Shown: positions 27,740-38,672, numbered from the stretch's first letter. The stretch is 64,000 nucleotides of DNA from Candidatus Zhuqueibacterota bacterium (GCA_016928775.1 JAFGKD010000043.1:1834-65833); one strand, 5' to 3'. The notes: generated from the sequence alone by a model not told the origin. Numbers and translations are program-made.

Positions 27740-27976
27740 AGAGTATCAAATTCAATAGACGAAAATATAGAGCAATCAAAGTAATGAGCTTTTGAGTGTT
27801 TTTCCTGTGCTAATAGAGTAATCATTTAAAAGAAAAATCCGCTAAATCAAAAAGCGAAATTTTAGCCTGAAAGTTTAATTGGTGAATTATTTGACCGCGA
27901 CCGGTAAAGATGTTGGTCTTTTAATATCAATATATCAGCCTGATCCCGCATGCAAGATCAGGCTGATATGAGTTGA

Positions 27977-28900
27977 TCAATTAACAAAGAGCTGAATGGC
28001 CAATTTGCTGGTTGCGCCCTGGTCGAGGACGTCGGGACAATAGGCGTAATCAAATTCGATGTTGTTGATCCGGAAGGAGGCACCAAAGTTGATGTGCTCA
28101 TCGTATAAACCAGCTCGAATTCCCAACAATTCCGAAAACCACGATTCCAGACCAAATGCCAGCAGCGATTTTTCATCAGTTGTACTGATGATGTCCAGAG
28201 AAGCCAGTAAAGCGACTTTGGAGAATTGTAATCCAGCGCTGCCGCCAAATCTGAGCGTCATCGGTATCTCCTCTTCCAGTTCCGATGCCGTATCCCAGGT
28301 ATATTTTCCCGCCAGATTACTCAGGCTGCCGCCAAGGGCAATCGATCGCACCGTCTGGTCCGATTCGAAGGCTTTGAAAAACATGCCGAGATCAAAAGCC
28401 AGGCCGCTCGCTTTTTGCGTATAGAGGACATGCGACAAATATTTGGCGCTGCCGCCAATGCCAAGTCGAGGCAGTAATTCACGTGCAAAAGCCAGGGTAA
28501 AGGCAAACTCGCTGTTCTCAAATGTTTCGGTCGGATTGCCCTGGCTATCGCGACCGTCAATATTGCCGACTTGAAAACCGTTGATAGCCAGCCCGATGCT
28601 GCCGATGTTTTGCAGTTTGGAAATAAATATCCCCTGGAAATGTTTTCGATCCATGGACATCAAAGAATACATGCCGGCGAACGCCATTTTTTCAATCTGG
28701 ATCAAACCGCCGGGATTATAGTACATGGCGTTCGCATCATCCGATACCGAAACAAAAGCATTTCCCAGGCCAGCGGGTCGCGCACCAACTGGAATCCGCA
28801 AAAAGGCGCCGGCGTAGCCGCCACTGCCCTCACCCGCGGTGAGGGTCGCGGCCAATATCAAGAGGACAAAGGTCATAATGAGAATTTTTGATGTTTTCAT
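27977..28900 (-). CDS. PorV/PorQ-family outer-membrane beta-barrel
   Basis: AFLRIPVGARPAGLGNAFVSVSDDANAMYYNPGGL N-terminal signature, then beta-strands; directly downstream of a CTD protein. Confidence 0.85.
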   Translation of the reverse strand: MKTSKILIMTFVLLILAATLTAGEGSGGYAGAFLRIPVGARPAGLGNAFVSVSDDANAMYYNPGGLIQIEKMAFAGMYSLMSMDRKHFQGIFISKLQNIGSIGLAINGFQVGNIDGRDSQGNPTETFENSEFAFTLAFARELLPRLGIGGSAKYLSHVLYTQKASGLAFDLGMFFKAFESDQTVRSIALGGSLSNLAGKYTWDTASELEEEIPMTLRFGGSAGLQFSKVALLASLDIISTTDEKSLLAFGLESWFSELLGIRAGLYDEHINFGASFRINNIEFDYAYCPDVLDQGATSKLAIQLFVN

Positions 28901-28944
28901 TGTATGCCTCCATATCATTCAAAGCAAGGTCAAAAGAAAGTGAC

Positions 28945-31900
28945 TTAACGCAAGACAGCGATTTTACCAACCGCCTGTTCGCCGCCGCTCGATTCAATGA
29001 CATAAAAATAGACACCGTTGGCGACAATGTCCCATTCCTCGTTCTTGCCATCCCACGGTTCGGCCAATTCGACACCAGCGTCACGCGGTGCCTCTTCGAT
29101 GACTGTTTTGACTAACTTGTTAGCCGCATCGTAAATTTTGATGGTGACGTTGCCGGGCTGCGCCAGGCTGTAACGAATAATGCCGGTTTCTGTATCGGGA
29201 TTGAAGGGATTGGGGTAGAAGTAGATGTTGTTGTTATCCAAGCTTTTGCCTGTCGTGGGAGAGACAAGTTCAATATCAAATGAGAAAAGCAATCCACCCA
29301 TGTGCTTATATTTGTTGGTTGAGCTATGATCTGTTGTATAAACAATTCCGGATATCAAATCGTGTGCTTCAATTTCAAAGGCAAGAGTTCTTTTCTCTTT
29401 TGAATTAAGAGATATAGTTAGGACGGAATCGCTTCGTAATGTTGTATTTGATTTGATAATGACATCTATATCAGTCAACGGTCCAACGTCACTATAATTA
29501 CATATTTCAGGTTCAATAAAAATTTTGTTTGCGTATTGATCTTTGTAGCATTTAATCGTATTAACTCCTATCACTGGAGGTAATGGCAAATTGTTTTCCC
29601 TTATGAAATCGTCTATTTCCTGAATGAGGGATTCTTCTGTTGATAAATTACTACTGTACGAGTACAGGAATGACTGGATTTCATCTTTTAGGTCATCCGC
29701 TTGATAGCCGTTGTTATAGACAAGGGAATATATATCCATTGCAGAAGAAGCAAAAATGCGCGACGCCATGGTCGTACCTAGCGCATTTATTCGATTATAA
29801 TATTCTGGATCTATAGATAAAGCAGTATCAATGACAGAACTAAAAAGTGCAAGCACCTGATTTTCATATTGCGACGTCTCATCAGAAAGGGAATTAAACT
29901 CGCTAATCTGTTTTAAAAATGAAAAGTTGTCGTCAACGGCTCTTTGCCGAATTTTCTCGATATATTCAATTTCCTTTTGAATTTTATTATCGATTTGAAG
30001 CGAATCAAGTTGTGTGAATTGTGAGATACTATTGGCTGATTTTTTTGCCAGGAGTTGCGCTTCGGTTTGGCCAAAAGCTTGATCCACAGATGGATTGAGA
30101 AATGTGAATGGTACAACAGCATCAACGTAAACTCCGACCGTCGAAGCCTGAGTAATAGCCAATGTGGTCGAAATCAAAGTGCTATAGGTCAGAATTGATG
30201 TCGCAATGCCGGCAATTGACGCAAGCAGAGAAACTCCACCAGTGGCAACTGCACCCAAAATGCCAACAATTATTAATACAATTCCAGCGGCAAATGCGGC
30301 CCAGCCTACGAGTTCATTTAGTATATCGAGAAAATGCTCTGAATCATTAACAAAATTATTCCACCTGACCATGTCACTATATGTCCGTGTAACATCTTGT
30401 TGACATTTTACAAACTCTTGTGAATATCCTCCGCTTTTTGCAATTTCAACTGCTTCGTGCTGTTTTGCTTCTGAAACGTGCTCGAAAACATCGAGAAATA
30501 GATAATCTTGAATATAATGATCTGCAATCTCGAATATCGAGGTGCCTATAGTTTCTTCTGTTACCGCCTCGACTGCCATTTCAGTCAATTTTTCATCGAC
30601 GGTTTCAATTGCTGCTTGAGCCGCATTCTGACTCACAATAAATTCTGCTATCGTTGTTTGATATGGTACTCCTGGAACTGGCGTGTGTCCAGTAAGATAA
30701 ATATGGAATAATTTTTGAGTACCTTGATGAAATTTATCAGATACCTTCATCAACGATTTATGGATATAATTTCCAATAAGCGGTACTTTTTGACAAATTT
30801 TGGCAAGTTTGGTAAAAATACCCTTTAAAAGAAGGCTTGTAGCAATTGAGCGTAATCCTTTCGCCCCATAACTTGATATAGGTATTACATCGTTGATTGC
30901 CCGCAGGGTCACATTTTCTGAAACTGCAAGTCGCGCAACTGCTTCCAAATCAACAGATTCACTCGGATTTGTTTGCCACTCAGTTTTGATTTGATTTGCA
31001 AAGATTTTTGCTTCATTTTCAATTTCATCAAAAAACGGATCATTTTTTGATTTCGCTGGTCTCTCTATATCAAGTATACTGTTGGCAATATTGATTTTTT
31101 GATTTAAAAAAATCGACAACTCTTTTTCCGCTTCGATGACATGTGGCGCATCCGGCGTCCCACTATATCCATTCACCCCAAAATCATCCCAAGCCCTGAT
31201 ATAATAATCTACGCCGTCATTCGTGACAAAGTCCGCCGGGATCTCGGCAGTATAGTTATCCGAGGATATCGGCGTCATCTGTACTTCTTCATAAATTAAC
31301 TGGCCGGTCTTTTTGTAATAAAGTCTTCCGCCCATGAGAGTATTGGTATTGTCAATAATGGCCGCTGTGATCGTGATAGCAGTGTTTGGGGTGAGCGAGG
31401 TCACCGGTGTATGGGTAATCTCCGGCGCTTCATTCGGCAGAATGGCAATTTGATAGGGATTATTGATCGGATCCACCGATGGATCGGATGCGGTATTCCC
31501 GCCATCCGTGGCAGTGATGTAATAGTCCACACCCGGGGATTGCACATAGGCGCTATAGATGTTTGCTTGCCACACATCGCCGCTGGTGTTGCTCATGGGA
31601 ACCTGCCGGTAGCTGGAGGAGGATGTGTTTTTGAAATAGAGCGTTGCACCTTGTACGTATGGCGTCACATTGTCAATGATTTCCACCTCGATGGAAAATT
31701 GCGTCCCATCCGCCCAGGCGCGTTCATGATACGCCAACGTATTTTGCGTCCTGGTGATTCTCGGAGCAGAACCGGGCGTGTAATAACCCTCGGCCATCGC
31801 CTCGTTGCCATTATAATTGACCAAAATTTCCACATGACGCTCAACACCATTTTCAACCGGATCGCTGGATTTGTAACGCACCAGATAGGTGTTCGCCACC

Positions 31901-33279
31901 TGGGACGATATATAATCCAGGATGTCATCAAAATTTGAATAAATATCAAAATAGGCACCATTCGTCGCCTCGGCGATCGTACCGTAATCTCCAATGGATG
32001 TATAATCCAGTTCAATGAGCGCAAAAGTTGTTATAGAGTTTGCTTGCAAAATTTGAATTGATTCCGCTTGCGTGTATGAGCCACTATTACCATCTCCCCG
32101 CACGTTTTCATCGGTGATCAGGATGAATATCTTTTGAGATCCCGGGCGAAAACTAAAACTTGTAGTTGCCTGGTATAATGCATCCCATCCCGGTTCATAA
32201 CCTCCGTCGGTCACGTTGCGATTCCAGACGCTCGACTTGAAATAGTTTTTATCCGATGTGAGAATACCATTATCTTCGATGATCGGACGTCCGTTATTTT
32301 CATCCGCGCCAAAGCGGCATAATCCCAGAGCAAAGTCGATTCCTGACGCGGCGAGGTTATCGACAAAATCATTGACATTGTTTCGCACCGCGTTAATCTC
32401 TTCCTCCATGCTGCCGCTGTTATCCATGAGAAAAATAACGTCTGTTCGCCGGGACCCACCACCGGATTCCGGTGGTGTCACTTCAAAATAATCGGCTTGT
32501 AAAACACCATTCTCATAAACGATAAAATTGTTCTGCACGAGGTCGGGAAAACCAACGCGAAACGTATCGACGGCGATATTCATGTAAATAAACGGAAATT
32601 TTTGATGGTTCAGGCTGACCATCGTCGCTTCGAGCGGCTCCGGCTGTTCGAGCACAAGACGGACATCATCGATAAACCAGCCCTCCTGTGTCGCCGAACC
32701 ATCGGAGGTAAAACGAAATTCAATCTGCACGGATTCTCCGGCATAGCTCGTCAGTTCGATCATTGTCTCTCGCCAGTCGCTCCATCCATCCCGGCTATCG
32801 AGGAGTGTTCGATCAGTGCCGTTATCCGTGAGAATATAAACCTTGCCATAATCATAACCGCTCTCGGTCTCAAACCACTCCCAAAAGGTGAGCCTGATGT
32901 AGCTGTCCGGGCCAGTCACCGAAGGCAAATTGATTGTTGGCGTGACCAGAGCATCATCCGCATGGTTGGGGTAAGAGCCACCCAAATTAGTGCCGGCGCA
33001 TTGTGATGACGCATGACCCTGCCCTGGACCGGTTGTTGGCGTGCCCACCGCCCACGAGCCGTCCATGCTCCAATTGGAGGCACCCGATTCAAACGTCTCC
33101 TGAAAAATGTTTTGAGTTTGAGTCATCTGGAGTGAGGCAATTACGCGGCTTCTGACAATCTTTGGTGCTGGCAGGACCTGATTTTTCGGAGCTCTCGGCC
33201 TGTCCTGCTCGGCAGCGGACAAACACACGCCAGCAACACAAAACACCATTGTCCACACAAAGTGTTTTATTTTTTTCAT
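28945..33279 (-). CDS. Large secreted protein: beta-sandwich, vWA, Ig-like repeats, helical hydrophobic domain and FlgD-Ig/T9SS CTD
   Basis: Signal MKKIKHFVW..., vWA MIDAS DVIFLMDNSGSM and ILITDE, repeats with GVDYYI, C-terminal YFYPNPFNP...WDGKNE...NGVYFY...GKIAVLR. Confidence 0.85.
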   Translation of the reverse strand: MKKIKHFVWTMVFCVAGVCLSAAEQDRPRAPKNQVLPAPKIVRSRVIASLQMTQTQNIFQETFESGASNWSMDGSWAVGTPTTGPGQGHASSQCAGTNLGGSYPNHADDALVTPTINLPSVTGPDSYIRLTFWEWFETESGYDYGKVYILTDNGTDRTLLDSRDGWSDWRETMIELTSYAGESVQIEFRFTSDGSATQEGWFIDDVRLVLEQPEPLEATMVSLNHQKFPFIYMNIAVDTFRVGFPDLVQNNFIVYENGVLQADYFEVTPPESGGGSRRTDVIFLMDNSGSMEEEINAVRNNVNDFVDNLAASGIDFALGLCRFGADENNGRPIIEDNGILTSDKNYFKSSVWNRNVTDGGYEPGWDALYQATTSFSFRPGSQKIFILITDENVRGDGNSGSYTQAESIQILQANSITTFALIELDYTSIGDYGTIAEATNGAYFDIYSNFDDILDYISSQVANTYLVRYKSSDPVENGVERHVEILVNYNGNEAMAEGYYTPGSAPRITRTQNTLAYHERAWADGTQFSIEVEIIDNVTPYVQGATLYFKNTSSSSYRQVPMSNTSGDVWQANIYSAYVQSPGVDYYITATDGGNTASDPSVDPINNPYQIAILPNEAPEITHTPVTSLTPNTAITITAAIIDNTNTLMGGRLYYKKTGQLIYEEVQMTPISSDNYTAEIPADFVTNDGVDYYIRAWDDFGVNGYSGTPDAPHVIEAEKELSIFLNQKINIANSILDIERPAKSKNDPFFDEIENEAKIFANQIKTEWQTNPSESVDLEAVARLAVSENVTLRAINDVIPISSYGAKGLRSIATSLLLKGIFTKLAKICQKVPLIGNYIHKSLMKVSDKFHQGTQKLFHIYLTGHTPVPGVPYQTTIAEFIVSQNAAQAAIETVDEKLTEMAVEAVTEETIGTSIFEIADHYIQDYLFLDVFEHVSEAKQHEAVEIAKSGGYSQEFVKCQQDVTRTYSDMVRWNNFVNDSEHFLDILNELVGWAAFAAGIVLIIVGILGAVATGGVSLLASIAGIATSILTYSTLISTTLAITQASTVGVYVDAVVPFTFLNPSVDQAFGQTEAQLLAKKSANSISQFTQLDSLQIDNKIQKEIEYIEKIRQRAVDDNFSFLKQISEFNSLSDETSQYENQVLALFSSVIDTALSIDPEYYNRINALGTTMASRIFASSAMDIYSLVYNNGYQADDLKDEIQSFLYSYSSNLSTEESLIQEIDDFIRENNLPLPPVIGVNTIKCYKDQYANKIFIEPEICNYSDVGPLTDIDVIIKSNTTLRSDSVLTISLNSKEKRTLAFEIEAHDLISGIVYTTDHSSTNKYKHMGGLLFSFDIELVSPTTGKSLDNNNIYFYPNPFNPDTETGIIRYSLAQPGNVTIKIYDAANKLVKTVIEEAPRDAGVELAEPWDGKNEEWDIVANGVYFYVIESSGGEQAVGKIAVLR

Positions 33280-33512
33280 TTCCCTCTCCTTTCGACAGAT
33301 ACGTTGTATAAATTCTGACGAATTGCTTATAATACCCCTGTTGATGCCTTGCAAGAGGTGCTGCATCCTGGAGTGCAAGGACTCATGCCGCTCAGCACAG
33401 GCGGTCATACTGGTTATACTAATTTGCAGCAAAAATGCTGGAAGCTGCTCCCGATGCGTAGTTGATCCCTGATACAAGACATTTTAATATGCACGCCAAC
33501 GGGAAGAAATAG

Positions 33513-33543
33513 AAAAGGGCTCAAAGTAACACACTTGAGCCCT
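33513..33543 (-). terminator. Intrinsic terminator
   Basis: AGGGCTCAA / TTGAGCCCT stem with an A-tract on the left, just past the stop at 33553. Confidence 0.65.
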
Positions 33544-33552
33544 GTTGAAAAA

Positions 33553-34836
33553 TCATTGCGCGAGCGAAAAAACAAAATCAAGATTATATTTTAGTGTGGC
33601 ATATATTTTGAATTCATTAAAAACAAAATCATAATTACCTTCAGTGGAACTATATCCTTCAAATTTTGTGAAGCGATAAATCGCGGCAATATCGATAAGA
33701 GCATTGTTTGACTTGAATCCTAGACCACCGGTTAGCATGTGCATGTTCACCGGATCATCGTCAGTATCAGTAAAAAGTGTTCTTTCAAATCCGTATCCAG
33801 CGCGGATCAAAACATCGCTGCCGCCTTCAATGCCGAAACGGATAGCACTTCCGCTTTCGACATTGTATGGTTCATCACCAAGCTGGTCACCGTCGATTTC
33901 AATATCTTCGAAAGGACGATTTTGATATTCGGCCGTCACCAGAGCAAGCGGCGACACTCGGTATGAAGCACCAATGCTAAACATGCCCGGTATCTCATAC
34001 TTTTCGTCGTTCAGATCCTCTGTTTCGGTTTCGCCCTCTGATTTCCATTTTGCTTTCCCATCTTCCAATTCAAACTGATGAGCGCTCAAAAAGGAAAATC
34101 CAACCGTGAGCTCCGGCGTAAATTTAGCCATCACACCAACTTGGAATGAAGTCCCGCCTTTAATATCATACTCGATTTCGGTTGTTGCTTTATCGCGGCC
34201 TAAATCTGAAGATTGTTCCTCCTCAATATCCGCACGAGCTGCGCTTAGCATAGGAATGCCTATGGACAACCCAACGGAATACTTTTCGGAAAAGAGCAAA
34301 CCTCCACCGATGGATAATTGATTGATGATTCCTTTCGTCGTCATTACTCTCTCGTAATTGCTATCCTCATATTTCGATTCGTATTTTTCTTTTCTGTTCC
34401 AATCGTAAAAGCTGCGATAGCCGACGGCGCCAAAAAATTTCGTTGGTGAATTTGCAGCGAATACAATGGGCACAGACGCGCCAATATTGGTGATTTTAGG
34501 AGCCAGGCCAAATCCATAAGTCACATCTCTATCCTGATCGCTATAGTAATCATCTTCGAGGTCACCTCTGCCCAACAAAATCATTCGCCCGCCAAACGCA
34601 AGTTGCGATTGCTGCGCAAAGCCAATTCCGCCGGGATTACTAAAGAGTGCATCCAGGCCTTCATCAGTGGCCGTAGAGGCCCCGGCCATGGCAAACGATC
34701 TTGTGCTGCCGAGATGTGGCGCCGCATTCACTTCACGAATATACCCCACGTAATCAAGCCAATCATCCTGCGAAAATCCCATGCTCGTAAATAAAACCAC
34801 TAATGCGAACAAGACCAACCACTGTCGTTTCATCAT
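33553..34836 (-). CDS. FadL/OMPP1-like outer-membrane barrel
   Basis: Signal peptide, GSTRSFAMAGA...ALFSNPGGIG plug motif, alternating beta-strands. Confidence 0.75.
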   Translation of the reverse strand: MMKRQWLVLFALVVLFTSMGFSQDDWLDYVGYIREVNAAPHLGSTRSFAMAGASTATDEGLDALFSNPGGIGFAQQSQLAFGGRMILLGRGDLEDDYYSDQDRDVTYGFGLAPKITNIGASVPIVFAANSPTKFFGAVGYRSFYDWNRKEKYESKYEDSNYERVMTTKGIINQLSIGGGLLFSEKYSVGLSIGIPMLSAARADIEEEQSSDLGRDKATTEIEYDIKGGTSFQVGVMAKFTPELTVGFSFLSAHQFELEDGKAKWKSEGETETEDLNDEKYEIPGMFSIGASYRVSPLALVTAEYQNRPFEDIEIDGDQLGDEPYNVESGSAIRFGIEGGSDVLIRAGYGFERTLFTDTDDDPVNMHMLTGGLGFKSNNALIDIAAIYRFTKFEGYSSTEGNYDFVFNEFKIYATLKYNLDFVFSLAQ

Positions 34837-35051
34837 CGAACTCCTCTCCTTGTTTGTGAAATAGATTGTTACCCCCATTGTAAACACGTCACAGAACCAC
34901 CCACTATATGAGTGCAAAGATGTGTAACTAGGTCGTAAAATAACATTATTTCAAATAAAAGCAAGAAATTACTATGAAATTTTTAAAAAAGAATCACGAA
35001 ACAATAAGAGTGGCTTTGCGTTTTTTGAGAGTAAAAAAAGAGGAAGTTAAG

Positions 35052-35687
35052 ATGAAAAAAATAATACTTTTTGCAGTCCTTGTAACGATCGCGGCAGCAT
35101 CCTTGAGTGCCAAAACAACCGTGAACAAGAGTATTCATATCCAGGAAGGTGAACATATCTCCGGCGGCTGTTCATCGGTCAATGGCAGCATTGTTGTTGA
35201 TGATGGTGCGCAGGTGACCGGTGGTTGCAAGACCGTCAACGGCTCGATTACGGTGGCGAGGGATTGTAAAGTTCGTTCTCTGAAATCAGTGAATGGCGGC
35301 ATCCGCGTCGAGGAGGGGACACGCGTGAGCTCGGATATCGAAACTGTGAACGGCAGTATTCAATGCGAACAAGGTGTTCATATCAATGGCGATGTTGAGA
35401 CCGTGAACGGTGCGCTCAAACTGCGCGGCACCGAGGTGGAGGACAATGTGACCACATACAATGGTTCGATATCGTTGACACATGGCTCGGTTGTGCATCA
35501 GGACATCATTGTCAAGGACAGTAAAGGGCACAACAACAGAAGAGAGCCCCTCCGCATCATTATCGATGACTCGATTGTTGAAGGTGATATCATTAACAGG
35601 GAAGATGATATTGAGGTGATCGTTACGCTGCGCAATGGCGCTCAAGTCAGAGGTGATATTATTGACGCACAGATTGAAAAAGAGTGA
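35052..35687 (+). CDS. Secreted beta-helix repeat protein (DUF4097/adhesin-like)
   Basis: Signal peptide and repeated [ST]VNG[SG]I motifs every ~17 aa. Confidence 0.7.
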   Translation: MKKIILFAVLVTIAAASLSAKTTVNKSIHIQEGEHISGGCSSVNGSIVVDDGAQVTGGCKTVNGSITVARDCKVRSLKSVNGGIRVEEGTRVSSDIETVNGSIQCEQGVHINGDVETVNGALKLRGTEVEDNVTTYNGSISLTHGSVVHQDIIVKDSKGHNNRREPLRIIIDDSIVEGDIINREDDIEVIVTLRNGAQVRGDIIDAQIEKE

Positions 35688-35691
35688 AAAC

Positions 35692-36066
35692 TTGACAAAA
35701 TCCGAGCAATTCCAAACGTATCAATTATATATAAAAATCAGTCATGATCTTTTCCTCACCATTGGTCAGCTCGGTCAATTTTGTTTTCCGGCCGGGCTTT
35801 ATATTTATACCGGCAGTGCGAAACGGTCTATGGACAAACGTCTGACACGCCACCTTGCACCAAATAAAAAGTTACGATGGCATATTGATTATCTCCTCAA
35901 CAATCCGTGTGCAAAAATTATCGATATCAAAAAATACAAAGCCACAGAGTGCCAGGTTAATGCTGGGACAAACGGTCGAATCATTGTACCCGGCTTTGGC
36001 GCCAGTGACTGCCGAGCTGGTTGCGGCAGTCACTTGAAATACTGCAGTTTGCAGCAGGAGTGCTGA
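35692..36066 (+). CDS. GIY-YIG (DUF123/Uri) nuclease family protein
   Basis: TYQL...GLYIYTGSA...RLTRH...KKLRWHIDYLL...EC...PGFGASDC..GC.SHL; the start position is uncertain. Confidence 0.85.
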   Translation: MTKSEQFQTYQLYIKISHDLFLTIGQLGQFCFPAGLYIYTGSAKRSMDKRLTRHLAPNKKLRWHIDYLLNNPCAKIIDIKKYKATECQVNAGTNGRIIVPGFGASDCRAGCGSHLKYCSLQQEC

Positions 36067-37613
36067 TGAGATTTCCTTTTGCTGTCTTTTTCGCGCTGTA
36101 TGCGAGTCATCTCCTTTTTTCCCAGGTCGCACATATGTGGGTAAGCTGCGAGCTCTATCCGGAAAATCCAATATGGTTCACCCAGCCACCGGACACCTCG
36201 GACATCCGTTATAAACTGACGCCAGCACATATAGTATGCAGCACAACACAATCCTCGAACGCGGAGATTCACTCTTTTACGCTCCGCGCCCAGGAGACAG
36301 ATCAAACTCTTTTTGGTATAGGCACGTCGCTCGAGGAAACGACGGTTTATGCCATTCGCAAAAACAAGAACGAAAAAGAGATCAGGGATATTTTGCGCGC
36401 ATTGATCGACCCGGAAAAGGGCATTGGCATGAATCTGTTTCGTATTACAATTGGCACATCCGATTTTTCCGACGCCCGCACGATCTCGACGCATCCACAG
36501 GGTTTTTATAGCTATCAGGATCATATCGATGATAAATTTTCCATTCAAAACGACCTGGACCTCGGCATCATCGACGTGTTAAAATTGGCTCTGGAGGTGG
36601 CAGGTGAGTGTGAACCGCCACAACAGATCACATTTTTCGCCTCCTGCTGGAGTCCGCCACCGTGGATGAAAACGTCCGGCTCGCTCATAGGCGGCACGCT
36701 GAAAAAAGGGTACGAGAGCAAACTGGCTCTCTATTTTCGAAAATTCATTCAAGCGTACCAGAGTCACGGGATTCCCATTAGCGCCATGACCATTCAGAAC
36801 GAGTCAAACTTTACGCCCGAGACGTATCCCGGCATGCGATTGACCTGGCAGCGGGAGCGTGATCTCGTCATTGCTATTTATGAGGAATTTCAGCGACACC
36901 CGAAAATAAATACAAAATTATGGATCATCGATCACAATTTCGAGTATTGGAAAAAAGCGGATAAAATCCTGACATCGCTTGCAAAGATGGGCAAAAAGTC
37001 TTATGTTGATGCTGTCGCTTTTCACGACTATAGCAGCGCACCGGCATCAAATATGCGCAAACTGCAAAAGAGGCATCCCGGGATCAACGTGCAGTTTAGT
37101 GAAATGTCCAAATATGGTGTTCGGGGTATGGTCGATATTCAAAATTATTTCTGGAACGGTGCACAATCATACGTTTATTGGGTGACCATGAGCACGCAAA
37201 ATCCGGCAGAACATAACCAGGGGCCGTACAACAACCTGCGCATGTTATCGCCGACACTTTTGATCAAAACTGATGGTGATAATCCCGATTGGTATTTTAA
37301 CGCCGACTATTACCTGCTCGGCCAGTTCAGTCGCTTTATTCGTCCCGGTGCTGTGCGAATAGAGTGCGATCGCGGGACCCCGGAATCCTTAACCGCAGTC
37401 GCTTTTCAAAATCCGGAGAACGATATCGTCATCGTGTTCGTCAATCAGACTGAGCGATCACAGCCGTTTCAGATTATCCATGAAGGTCATTTTTACACAT
37501 CAGACATTCCCGCTCAATCGGTTGGAACGGTCAAAATCCTGCCTCTGAAAGCGAAAACTCCAAAATCCCTGGAGCAACCGCGAAAAGCAGAAACAGGACG
37601 AATTTTTCATTAG
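36066..37613 (+). CDS. Glycoside hydrolase family 30 (glucosylceramidase-like)
   Basis: GIGMNLFRITIGTSDF, ASCWSPPPWMKT, TIQNE (acid/base), FSE (nucleophile), YYLLGQFSRFIRPGAVRI. Confidence 0.88.
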   Translation: MRFPFAVFFALYASHLLFSQVAHMWVSCELYPENPIWFTQPPDTSDIRYKLTPAHIVCSTTQSSNAEIHSFTLRAQETDQTLFGIGTSLEETTVYAIRKNKNEKEIRDILRALIDPEKGIGMNLFRITIGTSDFSDARTISTHPQGFYSYQDHIDDKFSIQNDLDLGIIDVLKLALEVAGECEPPQQITFFASCWSPPPWMKTSGSLIGGTLKKGYESKLALYFRKFIQAYQSHGIPISAMTIQNESNFTPETYPGMRLTWQRERDLVIAIYEEFQRHPKINTKLWIIDHNFEYWKKADKILTSLAKMGKKSYVDAVAFHDYSSAPASNMRKLQKRHPGINVQFSEMSKYGVRGMVDIQNYFWNGAQSYVYWVTMSTQNPAEHNQGPYNNLRMLSPTLLIKTDGDNPDWYFNADYYLLGQFSRFIRPGAVRIECDRGTPESLTAVAFQNPENDIVIVFVNQTERSQPFQIIHEGHFYTSDIPAQSVGTVKILPLKAKTPKSLEQPRKAETGRIFH

Positions 37614-37640
37614 ATTAAAGAATTGCCAAAAGGAGCGTTC

Positions 37641-38672
37641 ATGTCATCCCTTTCGGACCACACCAACGTGCTCTCATCCCGTTTTGGGCGCGATGTTATT
37701 CAAAATATCGGTCGGGATATTGGCCGATTTTGTGTGACAACAATGGAGATTCCATGGCACCTCACCAAAGACAAGCTGGGCGCCACACCGCAGCACGTCT
37801 TTATCATCAATTCCATGGAACAAACCAGTCTTGATTCATTGGCTGACACATTGCCACCGTGCGAAACCATCGTGGGCATTGGTGGTGGCCAGGCGATTGA
37901 TGCGGCGAAATATCTTTCGTGGAAAAAAGGTTTGCGCCTCGTCACCATCCCCACGATCCTCAGCGTGGATGCGTTTGTCACCGAAGCCGCAGGGATTCGA
38001 CAAAATCATCAGGTCACCTATGTTGGCAAGGCGAGCCCGGATCCGCTGGTCATTGACTATGATATCATCCGTACCGCACCCAAAACACTCAACATCGCCG
38101 GGATCGGCGATGTGCTCTCCATCCATACGGCCTGTTTCGATTGGCACCTGGCGGAGCAACACAATCGCTCCGAGTATCCATATTCTCCTCAAGTTGCGCA
38201 TGATGCGCACGTCATCCTGTCAGATATGACCTCGGTCCTCGGAGACATTCGAGATGTGACCGACACCGGTCTTCGCGCCATTGTTGAGGCCTATATGAAA
38301 ATGAATACCATTGCTCTACCCGCAGGCCACTGGCGGTTCGAGGAGGGCTCGGAACATTTTGTTTTTTACGAACTGGAACAACGCCTCAAACGAGCATTTG
38401 TTCATGGCCATATCGTTGGATTGGGCATTTATCTAATGAGCCGTTTGCAGGACAATGCTTACGACCACGTCACGCACATAATGAATGACGCACAATTAGC
38501 CTATCATCCCAAAGACCTGGATATCTCTAAAAGCGTATTAGCCGCATCATTAAAAAATTGTCGTTTTTTTGTCGAACAGAAAAAGCTGTGGTTCTCGATC
38601 CTGAACGTCGAGGAGATCACTGACGAATGGCTAACCTGGGCATTCAGCGCGCTCACATGCAAGGATGAATAA
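37641..38672 (+). CDS. Glycerol-1-phosphate dehydrogenase-like (DHQ synthase/Fe-ADH superfamily)
   Basis: GIGGGQAIDAAKY, IPTILSVDA, AGIGD...DW, GSEH, HGHIVGLG motifs. Confidence 0.75.
   Translation: MSSLSDHTNVLSSRFGRDVIQNIGRDIGRFCVTTMEIPWHLTKDKLGATPQHVFIINSMEQTSLDSLADTLPPCETIVGIGGGQAIDAAKYLSWKKGLRLVTIPTILSVDAFVTEAAGIRQNHQVTYVGKASPDPLVIDYDIIRTAPKTLNIAGIGDVLSIHTACFDWHLAEQHNRSEYPYSPQVAHDAHVILSDMTSVLGDIRDVTDTGLRAIVEAYMKMNTIALPAGHWRFEEGSEHFVFYELEQRLKRAFVHGHIVGLGIYLMSRLQDNAYDHVTHIMNDAQLAYHPKDLDISKSVLAASLKNCRFFVEQKKLWFSILNVEEITDEWLTWAFSALTCKDE

Noticed and set aside
35692..36066. GIY-YIG gene as a homing endonuclease or mobile element
   Set aside because: It is a short stand-alone DUF123-type protein coupled within an operon, with no intron or insertion signatures.
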